Shown: piece after piece, positions 24,557 through 36,483 of the stretch
How positions within the stretch are numbered: position 1 is the first letter of the stretch
How the letters are laid out: each line of letters begins with the position of its first letter
DNA from: Octopus sinensis
Lineage: Eukaryota
NCBI RefSeq assembly: GCF_006345805.1
Contig: NC_042998.1
Coordinates: forward strand, 25,482,001 to 25,546,000
Direction of reading: 5' to 3'
Length of the DNA: 64,000 bases
Translations under genes and position numbers: made by a program
The notes under the pieces: generated by a model
The model's database searches: none
The model's input: only the letters and a program-made list of their open reading frames with translations
Told to the model about the DNA's origin: nothing

Positions 24557-25123
24557 TTGGGTAATCTGGAAAGTTTGTACCGATTTATAGTAGCTTACCT
24601 TTCAACTTATTTTAGAACATAGTTGAGTCCATAAAATAGGATTTGACTACACCTCCATTTAGAGCACAGTTTAAGCTATCTTTTCATGGAAGAAGGTTTA
24701 TGTTCGTATAATCTGTGTTAATTCTGTAACCCTTTAAAATGGATGTTAAGAAAGTTCATTTTCAGCACTTGATGCTTTGGGAACCAGAAAAAAATTGCTG
24801 CAGCTCGGCTGGGATGTGTTACCCCACCCTCCATATTCACCAGATATTGCTCCTTCGGATTTCCGCTTTTTCAGGTCTTTGCAGAATAGTCTTAATGGTA
24901 AAAATTTCAGTTCCTTGGTTGACGTAAAAAAGATACCTTGATGAATTCTTTGTCATGAAACCACCTCAATTCTGAGAAGAGGGTATTTTCAAGTTAAAGG
25001 AAAGATGGAGATGCATTGTGCAACAAAGTGTTTCATATTTGGTTGATTAAAAATGTAATGGCAAGTATTTATTGACCTTTTTCTTTCCTTTAAAAATCAG
25101 CACAAAATTTCTGGATAACCCAA
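24557..25123 (+). mobile_element. Internally deleted mariner transposon (transposase pseudogene)
   Basis: MDVKKVHFQHLMLWE fused to LLQLGWDVLPHPPYSPDIAPSDFRFFRSLQNSLNGKNF...RWRCIVQQ (mariner YSPDxAPxD motif). TIRs TTGGGTAATCTGGAAAGTTTGTACCGATTT / AAATCAGCACAAAATTTCTGGATAACCCAA, with TA on both sides. Confidence 0.9.
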
Positions 25124-25409
25124 TAACTTACCCAAATCATGTGAGCAATGGTTATATAGACTTGATTTATTCAATACAGCTCTCTGCAGTCTGATATCAG
25201 ATATCATGAAGGTTAAATTTGCCTTTCAGCCTTTTGGGGTTGACATAAATTAACACACCTGTACAGTCATCAATTCTCATTTTCTTTCTTTCTGGAAGAA
25301 ATCAACTGTGTTCAGACCAAGAGAATGGTGGGCTTTGTCCAGTCTCAAAATGCCAAAGACATCATGTATATGACTGTACCCCATATGACTTCATCAGGAA
25401 TTAAGAGCC

Positions 25410-25613
25410 TAAGGCATGGAAACATACACACATGCACACACACACACATACACACACACACACACACAGACATACACATGCAAACATTCACACTCAAGCA
25501 CACACACATGCACACATGCACACACGCACACACACACACACACATACACACACAAACACACACAAACACTCATACACAAAAACACACACATATGCGAACA
25601 CACTCAAAGATAC

Positions 25614-25646
<33 letters not shown>

Positions 25647-25752
25647 GACGTACACATGCAGACACACATGCACGCACACACACACATATGCAAAACACAT
25701 ACACATGCAAATACACACACACCCAGCAACACAAAGAAACACACATACATAA

Positions 25753-25788
<36 letters not shown>

Positions 25789-25840
25789 ACACATACATAC
25801 ACATGAACAAAACACACACACACACACATGCATGCACAAA
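25410..25840. repeat. Degenerate (CA)n microsatellite
   Basis: Direct reading. Confidence 0.95.
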
Positions 25841-26024
25841 ATTTGTGTTTCACTTGGTACAAAGTCACGAAGCTCATTGCGGCTCAGTTAATTACCATTT
25901 ATTTATCTCACAAACCCTATATTCAATTTGAATGATAACGAAGTACCATAAACATATTCCTTCCTGTCCATTCATTAGTCACATCACATGATTGCATTGG
26001 TGAAATGCTTGGTAGTCCATTTTT

Positions 26025-26235
26025 TTCTATTCTTCTTATTTGTTTCAGTCATTTGGCAGCGGCCATGCTGGAGCACCGTCTTCAGTCAAACAAATCGGGC
26101 CCCGGGACATATTCTTTATAAGTCTAGTACTTTTTCTATCGGTTCTCTCTTTTGCCAAACTGCTAAGTGACAGAGGATGTAAACACCAAGATCGGTTGTC
26201 AAGCAATGGTGGGGGTGCAAACACAGACACAAATA
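26025..26235 (-). mobile_element. SINE family B, 3' half
   Basis: B homology; ends in the (TA)n tract that abuts the Penelope 3' end. Confidence 0.8.
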
Positions 26236-26295
26236 CAATATACATACATACATATATACATATATATATATACATACACATATATATATATATAA

Positions 26296-26331
<36 letters not shown>

Positions 26332-26399
26332 TAATAAAAAGAATTCCAACCTGTCTGATTTTCACGTTTTATTTACAATCTTATAATGATATATTATAA

Positions 26400-28880
26400 G
26401 AGATAATATATTATAATTGAATAAAATAAAATGAAATAGTAGAATGTTAAATGTTCATTCTGATTGAACTAGTACTTTCATGCATTGAATTCTGCAATCT
26501 TCAGGTTCATGTAGTAGTGTTGACAGTCATGCTTCACAATTTTTGACTGTAGCAAGATGATTGATTCTGTGCTATAAATACAGCTGGGTAGGCTCCAGAG
26601 TGCTAGGTTTTGCAAACTGTATTCTGACCAATCAGTGTGTAGTTATCACTCAATTACTTAAGCTGATTGGTTGGTTGAGCTGATTGGTTTAGGCATCACG
26701 CTTTGTTGGACATGTCAAGAGTCCTGTATCTTGACCCTGGCCGAAGCAGCAATTGTTGGGTTATTTTTAGAAATGTTGTAAATATCCTTTGTCAGAGATT
26801 TTTATATTTTATATTTCAATTGTCATCATCATCATTGTCAGCACCTTAATTGTTGTTGCTAGTGGTGATGGTGGTGGCAATAGAACTTTAACCCTAAATA
26901 AGATAATTTCCTGCTATCTTCATCTTGATCACCTTTAGTATTGTTGTTGTTGTGTTAGTGGTCATGGTCGTAGCAGTGGAAGTAATACCTCTAAGTATTA
27001 TTATTATGCTTATTTAGCTTGGGTTCGAATTTATCAATAAAATTCTTTTCTCTGATCTCCTCTCGATTTCACTTGGGCTGTGTAATTTGTAGAATGGAAA
27101 TATTATATATATTTTCCGGCCACATGTTGCTAGGTGGTTACTCAAAGGTATCTGACGGACCTCTGGGTCTCTAATCTGTTGCCGGTGTACACGTGAGCGT
27201 TCTAATAGTGCGTTTCCCGTCTGACCTACATATATTTCTTCACAATTTGGGCATTTGATGCAGTAAATTAAATTTTGCTTTTGCAGTTCATATTCGCGTT
27301 TGTGAATATTTTCGGTTTTGTGTTTATATATTGACCGGTATGTATGAATTGGCATGTGCCACATTGGCTATCATTGCATTTAGATACCGTGAATGTTTGG
27401 GTCTTTGTTGCTGAGGTCAAATTTTGCCTTGTTAGTAATGTTTTCAAGTTTTTAGGCTGTCTTTTACTAAGCACCATAGCTCGATCCGTGATTATGTCTT
27501 TTAATTCATTACTTTGGGCAATGATTGGTAGGTTTGCTTTGGCATGGTTGAAGATATTCTGGTGACATGGGTTGTGTGTCACTATGAATGGTATGACTTG
27601 TTCTTGTTTTCCTCTTCTTGGGTTGTCCTAAGTTGTTGTATGGGTATTTTTATAGCCCGCTGTATGCCATTTTCTATAAGTAGAGATAGGTATTTTTGTT
27701 TGAGCAAAAATTCTCTTAGTTCTATTAGGCGTTTGTTCCTGATATTTGCATCTCTACAATCGTACAAATTCTTCTGGCTAGGCAGTATGGGATGTTACGT
27801 TTTGTATGTGGTGGATGGCACGACTTAAAATTTAGGTATTGATGTGTGTCTGTGTTGTTATAGTAGTATATATCTGTGGTGATGGTGGTGTCTTTTTTAA
27901 TTACCATTATATCCAGGAATGGTAATTGGTACTACTCATTTCCTTGTAAATTGGAGAGATGGGTGTAGGTGTTCAGGAGGATATTGAACTCTTCCAGAGT
28001 ATTAGAAATTCTGTCTCCAGATTATGAAGCAGTCATCTAGGTATCTCTTCCATGCCTTTTCAATATATTTCTAAATCCAGTGCCATAGTTTACCTCCACC
28101 TCTTGGTAGAGTTGTTGTTCTAAGATCCCATTACAGAGTTGGCGTAAACGGGAGCAAACCTCGTCCCATCGCCGTCCTCTAATTTGGATGTAATTCTTTC
28201 CATTGAAGAAGAATGTGTTATTTCTAGAATAAGTTTGACTGTGTCTATATAAATGGCACTGTGAATCTGCTGGGAATCACTTCTCTATGTTTTACTACCA
28301 GTATTTAATCGCCTTTATTCCTAAATCATGTGGAATATTGGTGTAGAGGCTTACCACATCAAAACTTAGTAAAACTGAATTTGTTTCTGTTGTTTTTGGG
28401 AAGATGGGACAGGAAGTCGATGTCATCCCTGATGAAACTTGGTATGTAAGTACATAGTGGTTTCAAAACAATGTCAATAAAATTGCTTAGACGGTGTGTA
28501 GGGCATGCTGGACCAGCTATAATAGGTCTAAGTTTTAGGTCTTTTGGATGTAATAATTTTATGTACTCACTTTCTTGTTCTTTTACTGCCTGTTGAATAT
28601 TTTTTGATTTGTGTATTTTGGGTAACGCCGTAGAAGTTGCTGGGTTTTGTTCGAAATTGGTGATGTAGTCTTTTTCATTATCTGTAAGTGAGTTTTGGTG
28701 TGTTGAGATCAGGTTTTTGATCTCTTTTCATGATGTGGTGGTCTATATTTGCGGGTATTTCACAATAGAAGGTTGTATCCTTCAGTTGGTCTTCAACCAA
28801 ATCCTTATAGTATTCGGTATCCATATAACAATTGCACCACCTTTTTCTGCTTGTTTTAAATTATTATTGGTTGATCGTTT
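26400..28880 (-). mobile_element. Penelope-like retroelement, 5'-truncated and frameshifted (RT + GIY-YIG endonuclease + 3' UTR)
   Basis: Frameshift-corrected translation gives [104 protein letters not shown] and NLIYCIKCPNCEEIYVGQTG..R..HRQQIRD. Confidence 0.95.
26465..26509 (-). ncRNA. Minimal type I hammerhead ribozyme in the Penelope 3' terminal region
   Basis: Minus strand: TGAAC-CTGAAGA-TTGCA-GAATTCAA-TGCAT-GAAA-GTAC-TA-GTTCA. Stem I 5 bp, stem II 4 bp plus a U-U pair, palindromic stem III GTAC; same strand as the RT. Confidence 0.75.
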
Positions 28881-28883
28881 TGT

Positions 28884-28887
28884 ATAT

Positions 28888-28933
<46 letters not shown>

Positions 28934-28964
28934 TATACATACATACATATGCATATATACATAC

Positions 28965-28995
<31 letters not shown>

Positions 28996-29075
28996 CATAT
29001 ATATATATATACATATACATATATATATATATATATGTGTGTATATATATATATATATGTGTATATATATATATA
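28884..29075. repeat. (TA)n microsatellite at the Penelope 5' truncation point
   Basis: Direct reading. Confidence 0.95.
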
Positions 29076-29354
29076 ATAGAAATATGTTACAAAAAGAAGA
29101 TAGAAAACTACACGTGGAAATGTAAAGGGAAAGTAAGAAGAAAAATAAGTGAAAATGCACATTGTAAATCAAAAAAGTAAAGGCTTTTTATGAAAAGTAA
29201 TGATAGATATATACATATTAGATGAACTGAGGTAGGAATAAAAATAATAAAAGTCATTATTGTGAATTGTTAAAGAGATTCAAAGCATACCAGTTTCGTA
29301 AAATACTAATCATTGCTCTGAATGCACACCAATTGATACAGGTAATACACCATG

Positions 29355-29356
29355 TG

Positions 29357-29404
<48 letters not shown>

Positions 29405-29438
29405 TAATATATATATATATATACATACATATATATAT

Positions 29439-29510
<72 letters not shown>

Positions 29511-29525
29511 TATACATATATATAT
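29355..29525. repeat. (TA)n microsatellite
   Basis: Direct reading. Confidence 0.95.
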
Positions 29526-29726
29526 TAAAATTAAGGATAAAATCTATTTTATATTTTATCAGGTAGTCAGCATGTAATAACAATAAAAGGTAAAAAATTA
29601 ATAGACTATATAATTTTATAAGTATATTGCAATATTTGGCATCTTCTTTTAGCATGTGGCTTGGCCTGTTGTAAGACTTGCTTTTTGCCCTTATTATGGT
29701 TTTATAAAAATACTTATAACATTTTA

Positions 29727-30073
29727 TGGTAAGAAGCTTATCAACCACATGGTTCCGAGTTCAGTTCCACTGCATGGCACCTTGGCAGGTGTCTTCTACT
29801 ATAGCCTCTGACCGACCAAAGCTTTGTGAGTGGATTTGGTAGACGGAAACTGAAAGAAGCCTGTCATATATGTGTGTGTTTGTGCTTGTACCCCCACCAT
29901 CACTTGACAACCGATGTTAGTGTGTTTACATTCCAGTAACATAGTAGTTAGGCATAAGAGACCGATAGAATAAGTACTAGGCTTACAAAGAATAAGTTCT
30001 GGGATTGATTTGTTCGACGAAAGGTGGTGTTCCAACATGGCCACAGTCAAACGACTGAAACAAATAGAAGAAT
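29727..30073 (+). mobile_element. SINE family B
   Basis: B homology. Confidence 0.85.
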
Positions 30074-30081
30074 ATATATAT

Positions 30082-30243
30082 GACTGGCTTCATTCATTCG
30101 CAGTCTATCAAATCCACTCACAAGGCTTTGGTTGGCCAGAAGGCTATAGTAGAAGACACTTGCTTAAGGTACCATGCAGTAGTAACGAACCTGGAACCAT
30201 GTGGCTGGTAAGCAAGCTTCTTACCACACAGCCACACCTGCCA
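30082..30243 (-). mobile_element. SINE family B, 5' half
   Basis: B homology. Confidence 0.75.
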
Positions 30244-30667
30244 TTCATCAAAGGTACATTGTGAGATTTCTCAACATAGAAATGTGTTTTTATGGTTTGT
30301 GTTTCACTGGGGATGGGGAAGAGTTTAGAAATCAAGAAAAATATTTAAATATCAATATAAAACAACACTCGTGAAAGATTAATTAGCTGTCAGTTTTGCA
30401 AAAGTTAAGTAAACGTAAAAAGAAAATTATGTTCATATGATTAAAAATTCTATTCATCAGTCCATTTCAGATAGTCATCATTTTTGATTTGCTTTGATAA
30501 ATACAAGTATTAGCTTTATTGGTATTTAATCACTTCAAATAGAAAATCAATTTCAAATTTCAAAGACGATATTTTTTAAGCATGGCAGAGTGCATGAAAG
30601 CTGTGAGTTTCAGGAAAATAAATTACTAACTACTTGGTGAAGTGTTCAAAACTTACTATTACCATTC

Positions 30668-30990
30668 TCTTATTTTTATTTTTATTTATTTATGCGCCCT
30701 TTTCAAGCCTAGCCAAGCTCATGGGTCTGGTTTCCCAGGTGTATGTGTTCTCCCCAGCTGGACGGGATGCCAGTCCATCGCAGCATTACTCAAGAAACAG
30801 GAAGAAAGAGTGAGAGAAAGTTGGGGTGAAAGAGTACAACAGGGGTCGCCACTACCCCCTGCTGGAGCCTCATAGAGCTTTAGGTGCTTTTCGCTCAATA
30901 AATACACACAACGCCCGATCTGGGAATCAAAACCGCAATCCTCCGACCGCAAGTCCGCTGCCCTAACCACTGGGCCATTGTGCCTCCACA
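30668..30990 (-). mobile_element. SINE family C (tail type 2, with V-domain-like TGCGATGGACTGGCATCCCGTCCAG)
   Basis: C head plus a different 3' part ending in (AAAT)n. Confidence 0.8.
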
Positions 30991-31418
30991 TTGTTATTGT
31001 TTAGCCCAAATCAATTCTGGGTTAGTAGTGCTATTATGATCAAAAGCTTTCCAGCAATGACCATCTTGTCATTTGTTAAAAATTAATTTACATTTTGTTT
31101 TGCACACAACGTATCTCATGGAAGCACATGACATAGTGGTTAGGGTGCTGGATTTGTGCGAGTTAGATTGTTGGTTCAATTCCTGGACCAGGGGAAACCG
31201 GCGAAACCAGTGTATGATTAATTCCTTATTTTGTATATTTTCATTTGTCTTACCTGCTTATGTTCTGGTGTTTGCTGAATTTTTCTAGAGAACATTCTTT
31301 TTTTGTGGTTAGATCATAGGTGATCTATTTCTAGTATTTCTAGCATATTTGATGTCCACTTAGTGATCATCCCTTCTTATATGCATATATATATATATAT
31401 ATATATATCTGTAAATGT

Positions 31419-31602
31419 AATATGTGACAATTATTCGGTAGCCAAGATAAAACTCCGAGTTTTGGATGCCAAGGTGGAAATCCACGCCACCATCTCTTCA
31501 GTTATCCGGCCATCGGATAACTGAAGAGATGGTGGAGATGATGCCATCTCGGCATCCAAAACTCGGAGTTTTATCATGGCTACTGAATAATTATTGCATA
31601 TT
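31419..31602. repeat. ~180-bp palindrome made of two inverted Penelope-type termini, each with a decayed hammerhead motif
   Basis: Centre CCG-GCCAT-CGG. Each arm reads ATAA-CTGAAGA-GATGGTGG...GGCATCC-AAAA-CTCGGAG-TT-TTAT. Confidence 0.7.
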
Positions 31603-31679
31603 ACTTTTACAGATAAATTCCTCTATTTACATAATATCGATGTCTCTTTCTTTCTTTTGTTATCTTACCGTCTTTATCA

Positions 31680-31717
<38 letters not shown>

Positions 31718-31727
31718 GTATATATAA

Positions 31728-32674
31728 TTAAAAAATAAGACCAGGAAAATTACATCAAAAAATCATCAGAGAAGATATACGTCCAAAATAATATTGTATT
31801 AATTGATAGATGTATAAATACATAAAGTATGTTTACTTAAAAAGTTTAAAGGTTTAAAATATCTTACGATCTATAAAAGGCAAAAATGTTACTACTTTTA
31901 TTTTCTGTATTTATGGATCATACATTGAAGAGAACAGCATTATGGGATTTATATTTACACACAGCCATTATGGATTATCACAGAAGATTTTACTATGGAT
32001 GTATATTATTTCTTCAAAATTTTTAACACAAGATTGTACCAAAGTATATCCATGCCTGTAACTTTTTAAACAACATCTTTAAACAACATCCTTTTCAAAT
32101 TTTCTTAAACAGCATTTGATTGTCTACATGGAAGTTCCCTCTTTCCCTTTGACAAGTGGGTGTATTACCTAATAATGTGAGGTATATTTGCCATCTCAAT
32201 ATGGCTAACCACTAAGGGTGGGTGTTACTGTAGCTTGTAGCCCCAGGAGAACATCTCCTCCAGCTGGCTTTAGGCACACTTTCTGTGCCCTTAAGGTCTC
32301 CCTTTGCAAATACCTTAAGGGCACAGAGAGTGTGCCTAAAGCCAGCTGGAGGAGATGTTCTCCTGGGGCTACAAGCTACAGTAACACCCACCCTTAGTGG
32401 TTAGCCATATTGAGATGGTAAATATACCTCACATTGTCGTGCAGTTATTGTTTATACCTCGTTCAGAGATTTATTGTTTGCTAATAATGATTATCAATTT
32501 TAGATTCCATTTTGAAGGATGATACATCATGAAACGATCATAAGATGGTTTTAACTTTTAAACTTTTTAAATAATTATACTTTACATATCTATACCTCTA
32601 TTAATACAATATTATTTTGGACGTATATCTTCTGTGATCATTTTTGATGTAATTTTTCCGGCTCTTATTTTATA
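31728..32674. repeat. Nested inverted repeats: outer ~140-bp arms (31728-31871 / 32536-32674), inner 124-bp arms (32174-32297 / 32312-32435)
   Basis: Inner arms differ at two positions by eye, with a 14-nt loop CTCCCTTTGCAAAT; outer arms ~80% alike; the unit is flanked by (TA)n. Confidence 0.9.
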
Positions 32675-32847
32675 ACATAATATATAAACGCTCTTATTAA
32701 ATGTTGAAATATCTATAATGTTTTAGACATTTCCTCACCAAGAGCACTTATTAGAAATTCAGTATATTGTATTCCCATTTGAATATATTTAAGTAATGAT
32801 ATATATGTATGTATATATATCTATCTATCTCCCTCTATATATATATA

Positions 32848-32884
<37 letters not shown>

Positions 32885-33088
32885 TGCTGTCTGGTAAATT
32901 TTCTTATGGTAGTGAAATAGCTATTTTTAACACTGCTATTTCTAAATTTCAGTATGTGGTGGAGCAAATTTTTGCTGAACCCTAATTATAATTATACTCA
33001 TAATTATAAAATTTTATATACATACATATATATATATACATATACATATATATATACATATATATATTACATATACATATATATATAC

Positions 33089-33127
<39 letters not shown>

Positions 33128-33770
33128 TTACATACATACACACATACACACAAATATATATATATATATTAAAGAAACGGCCAAGCGTATGCCTTTTCCT
33201 TAATATTTGAATCAGCTTTTCATCAAAGAATGAGGAAATCTATTTTTTGCTAATTGTTTTCCTTGATTATTGTAGAGTGATATGATTCAACGATTTTTCT
33301 ACACATCTGTGATATCTAAAAGCAAAAAGAAAAGGTAAAAAAAAAGAGAAAAAAAACAACCACTAAAGAAAGGTAAAAAAAAAGGATTTTGTTTCCATTT
33401 TATTTTTATTGTAATTTTATACATTTCATTAGTTTATCATACAAGTATCAAACACTCCATCTTTCTCCCACTCTCTCCCTCTCCGACCATCTCCTTCCCC
33501 CACAACCCCCACTTCACTTCCTCCATCTTTCATTCACTTTAGTAACCTCATCTACTTTCCATCCTTACCTATTAACTTCTTTCCACTGCTGCAGGCCATT
33601 ACTTTACTACTTCATCTTTTGTCGGAACTTTTTCATGTCTCATAGAAACCAAATTTATTGACACCTACAGGCTCTCTCTCTCTCTCTCCTTCCCTCCCCT
33701 CATTTTCTCTCTCTCTGCCTCTCCCCTCATTCTCTATCTATCTATTTCTTTCCCACTCACTCACTTTATT

Positions 33771-33803
<33 letters not shown>

Positions 33804-33837
33804 GATTTTTAGCATAAAACAGATTTTGAAATAAGTC

Positions 33838-34095
33838 TTATTCTTTTACTTGTTTCTGTCATTTGACAGTGGCCATGCTGGAGCACCACCTTTAGTCGAG
33901 CAAATCAACCCCAGGACTTATTCTTTGTAAGCCTAGTACTTATTCTCTTGGTCTCTTTTGCCAAACCACTAAGTTACAGGGACGTAAACACACCAGCATC
34001 AGTTGTCAAGTGATGTTGAGGTGACAAACGCAGACACACAAAAACACATACACACAAACATATATACATATATATATATATACATATATATGATG
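33838..34095 (-). mobile_element. SINE family B, 3' half
   Basis: B homology. Confidence 0.8.
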
Positions 34096-34239
34096 GGCTT
34101 CTAGTTCTGCTGTTCTAAATATTTATTGAGCTATCCAACCACACTTCCAATTGCTGTTTAGCCTCAGGTCAACTCTGATTGGACAAATCTGTAATCATAG
34201 ACTTTCAAACGATGCCTATCACATCTTTATTGTACAATA

Positions 34240-34545
34240 TCATGTGACCATGTGATCGACCAGACTATTGGATTTTGTTATACATCACTAGTCACAATGC
34301 ACTTTGCATTTCTGTAGCTTTCGAATGATGCCATCCCACTAACTAAGTGAGCAGACCAACATTTCTCCTGATCAGAAAGCCACGTCATCACAGGGTTACC
34401 TGTTTGTAAGTGAGTGGACTGGAGCAACATGAAATGAAGTGTCTTGCTCAAGAAGACAATGCACAGCTGGTCTAGGAATCAAACCTACAATCTCATGATC
34501 ACAAGCACAACATGCCTAACCACCTAACCACTAGGTCATGTACCT
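34240..34545 (-). mobile_element. SINE family E
   Basis: Head TGACCTAGTGGTTAGG..TTGTGCTTGTGATC..GGTTTGATTCCTAG, then CTTGAGCAAGACACTTCATTTC; tail shared with 53750-53995 and 58949-59100. Confidence 0.7.
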
Positions 34546-34570
34546 TCATTGTATAATATATCCTTCCATA

Positions 34571-35385
34571 AGAGGTGGCAAGCTGGCAGAAATGTTAGCA
34601 TGCTGGGTGAAATGCTTAGTAATATTTCATCTGTCTTTGTGTTCTGAGTTCAAGTTCTGCCAAAGTCAACATTGCCTTTCATCTTTTCAGGGACGATAAA
34701 TTAAGTACCAGTTGCATACTGGGATCGATCTAATCGACTGGCTCCCCACCCCAAAAGTTTCAGGCCTTGTGCCTAGAGTAGAAAAGAATATTTAAGGTGG
34801 TGAGCTGGCAGAAATGTTAGCACACTGGACGAAATGCTTAACAGTATTTTGTCTGTCTTTACATTCTGAGTTCAAATTCCACCTAGGTCAACTTTGCCTT
34901 TCATCCTTCAGGGTCGATAAATTAAGTAGCAGTTGCATACTGAGGTCGATCTAATCGACTGGCCCCTACCCCAAAAGTTTCAGGTCTTGTGCCTTGAGTA
35001 GAATAGAATATTTACTAACTCTTTTGGGAAGAAGATGTTTCACATGAAGATCACAATGGTGTGAAAGTCAAGTCATAAAACAAACTCCCAGCTTTGGTTT
35101 CAATAAAATGTCCAACCCATGCTAGCATGGAAAGCGGACGTTAAACGATGATGATGATGATGATGATAAGGTGGTGAGCTGGCAGAAACGTTAGCACACC
35201 GGGCAAAATGCTTAACAGTATTTCGTCTATTTTTGCATTCTGAGTTCAAATTCCACCAAAGTCAGCTTAGCCTTTCATCCTTCGGGGTCGATAAATTAAA
35301 TACCAGTTGCATACTGGGGTCGATCTGATCGACTGGCCCCCTCCCCAAAAATTTCGGGCCTTGTGCCTAGAGTAGAAAAGAATAT
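34571..35385 (+). mobile_element. Three SINE A' copies (34571-34790, 34794-35010, 35168-35385); a D 3' tip precedes the third
   Basis: Repeated AAGGTGGTGAGCTGGCAGAAA...GTGCCTAGAGTAGAAAAGAATA. Confidence 0.85.
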
Positions 35386-35399
35386 ATCCTTCTTTAAGT

Positions 35400-35800
35400 A
35401 GGACGTGATTAGAGGGATGTTCAGTTGCTAATTCTTAACAGGTCGAGCTACTGCATAAAGCTGCTCCTGTTATCTTGCCACTCTCCCAGTTTCCCAACTA
35501 CGTCAAGATAATACAGCCTGTTGTACATTATCTCATGATCAACTTAGGATATTATGTTTGACTGGTTAAGTAGCTGCTTCAACATTCACTCATAAAGCTG
35601 TAGCAGTTGTGTAAGGCAGTTTCTGCTTAGGCGGAAACCTTGTTGAGATATCATTTAGCAACAAGCCATTCTCCGTTAATAGCAGAATCAGTTTGTCTAT
35701 GATAATTCTCACCATAACCTTGCTGACATATGAAGTCAAAGAGATAGGCTTGTTAATTTTAGCATCTGCTCTACTAGCTCCTGTTAAGAAAGAACATCTA
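35400..35800 (-). mobile_element. CR1/L2-like LINE RT fragment
   Basis: KPISLTSYVSKVMVRIIIDKL, then after a frameshift QQGFRLSRNCLTQLLQLYE, typical of RT domains 1-3. Confidence 0.7.
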
Positions 35801-36118
35801 ATGGCCAATTTCCATTCCTTTTTCTTTTTTTTTTTTCCTTGGAATTAACTATTCATAAAGAATCTTTGCGAAAGTCTATTGATATTGAAATGGCTTTGGT
35901 AGATCCCTTCTGCCTATTTGTAGAATTATCAGAAAATCAAAAGAGCCAGTTACTGAGTTCAATATCATATTATATTAAATCTTTTTATAACATTTTTATT
36001 GCCATAAAAATCATGTTGCAATCTATGTTCAAAAAGCCTTCCAGCTGTGGCAATCCCATCCATACCACAGCAAGATTAGCAATCCCTATTCAGTTGTCAT
36101 CATCAGCAACAACAGAGT

Positions 36119-36483
36119 GGAGGTGCAATGGCCCAGTGGTTAGGGCAGCGGACTCACAGTCGGAGGATTGTGGTTTCGATTCCCAAACCGGGCGTTGTGT
36201 GTGTTTATTGAGCGAAAACACCTAAAGCTCCACGAGGCTCTGGCAGGGGGTGGTGGCGACCCCTATTGTACTCTTTCGCCCCAACTTTCTCTCACTCTTT
36301 CTTCCTGTTTCTTGTCCCCAACTTCCTACGCAACCGCTGAGCTTGGATGCGCAGTCATCCATCCGTCGATGCTCTCGGTGTCGGGGGTTGACCTGCTCTC
36401 TCTTCTGAGGGTTTTACAAATAGCAAAGGACCACGTTTCGGACTTCTCCTACTGGACGAAGACCACTATGCTCAGCAACAGCA
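36119..36483 (+). mobile_element. SINE family C (tail type 1)
   Basis: Near-identical organisation to 23380-23756. Confidence 0.8.

Noticed and set aside
29283-29318. Hammerhead-like remnant on the minus strand (GAGCA-ATGA-TTAGTATTTTAC-GAAA-CTGG-TA-TGCTT)
   Set aside because: CTG of the core is missing, so it needs a 3-nt deletion to explain; too degenerate to call, although its position upstream of the Penelope RT is suggestive.
31763-31769. CTGATGA on the minus strand in the outer inverted repeat
   Set aside because: No downstream GAAA or stems, and the partner arm lacks the motif.
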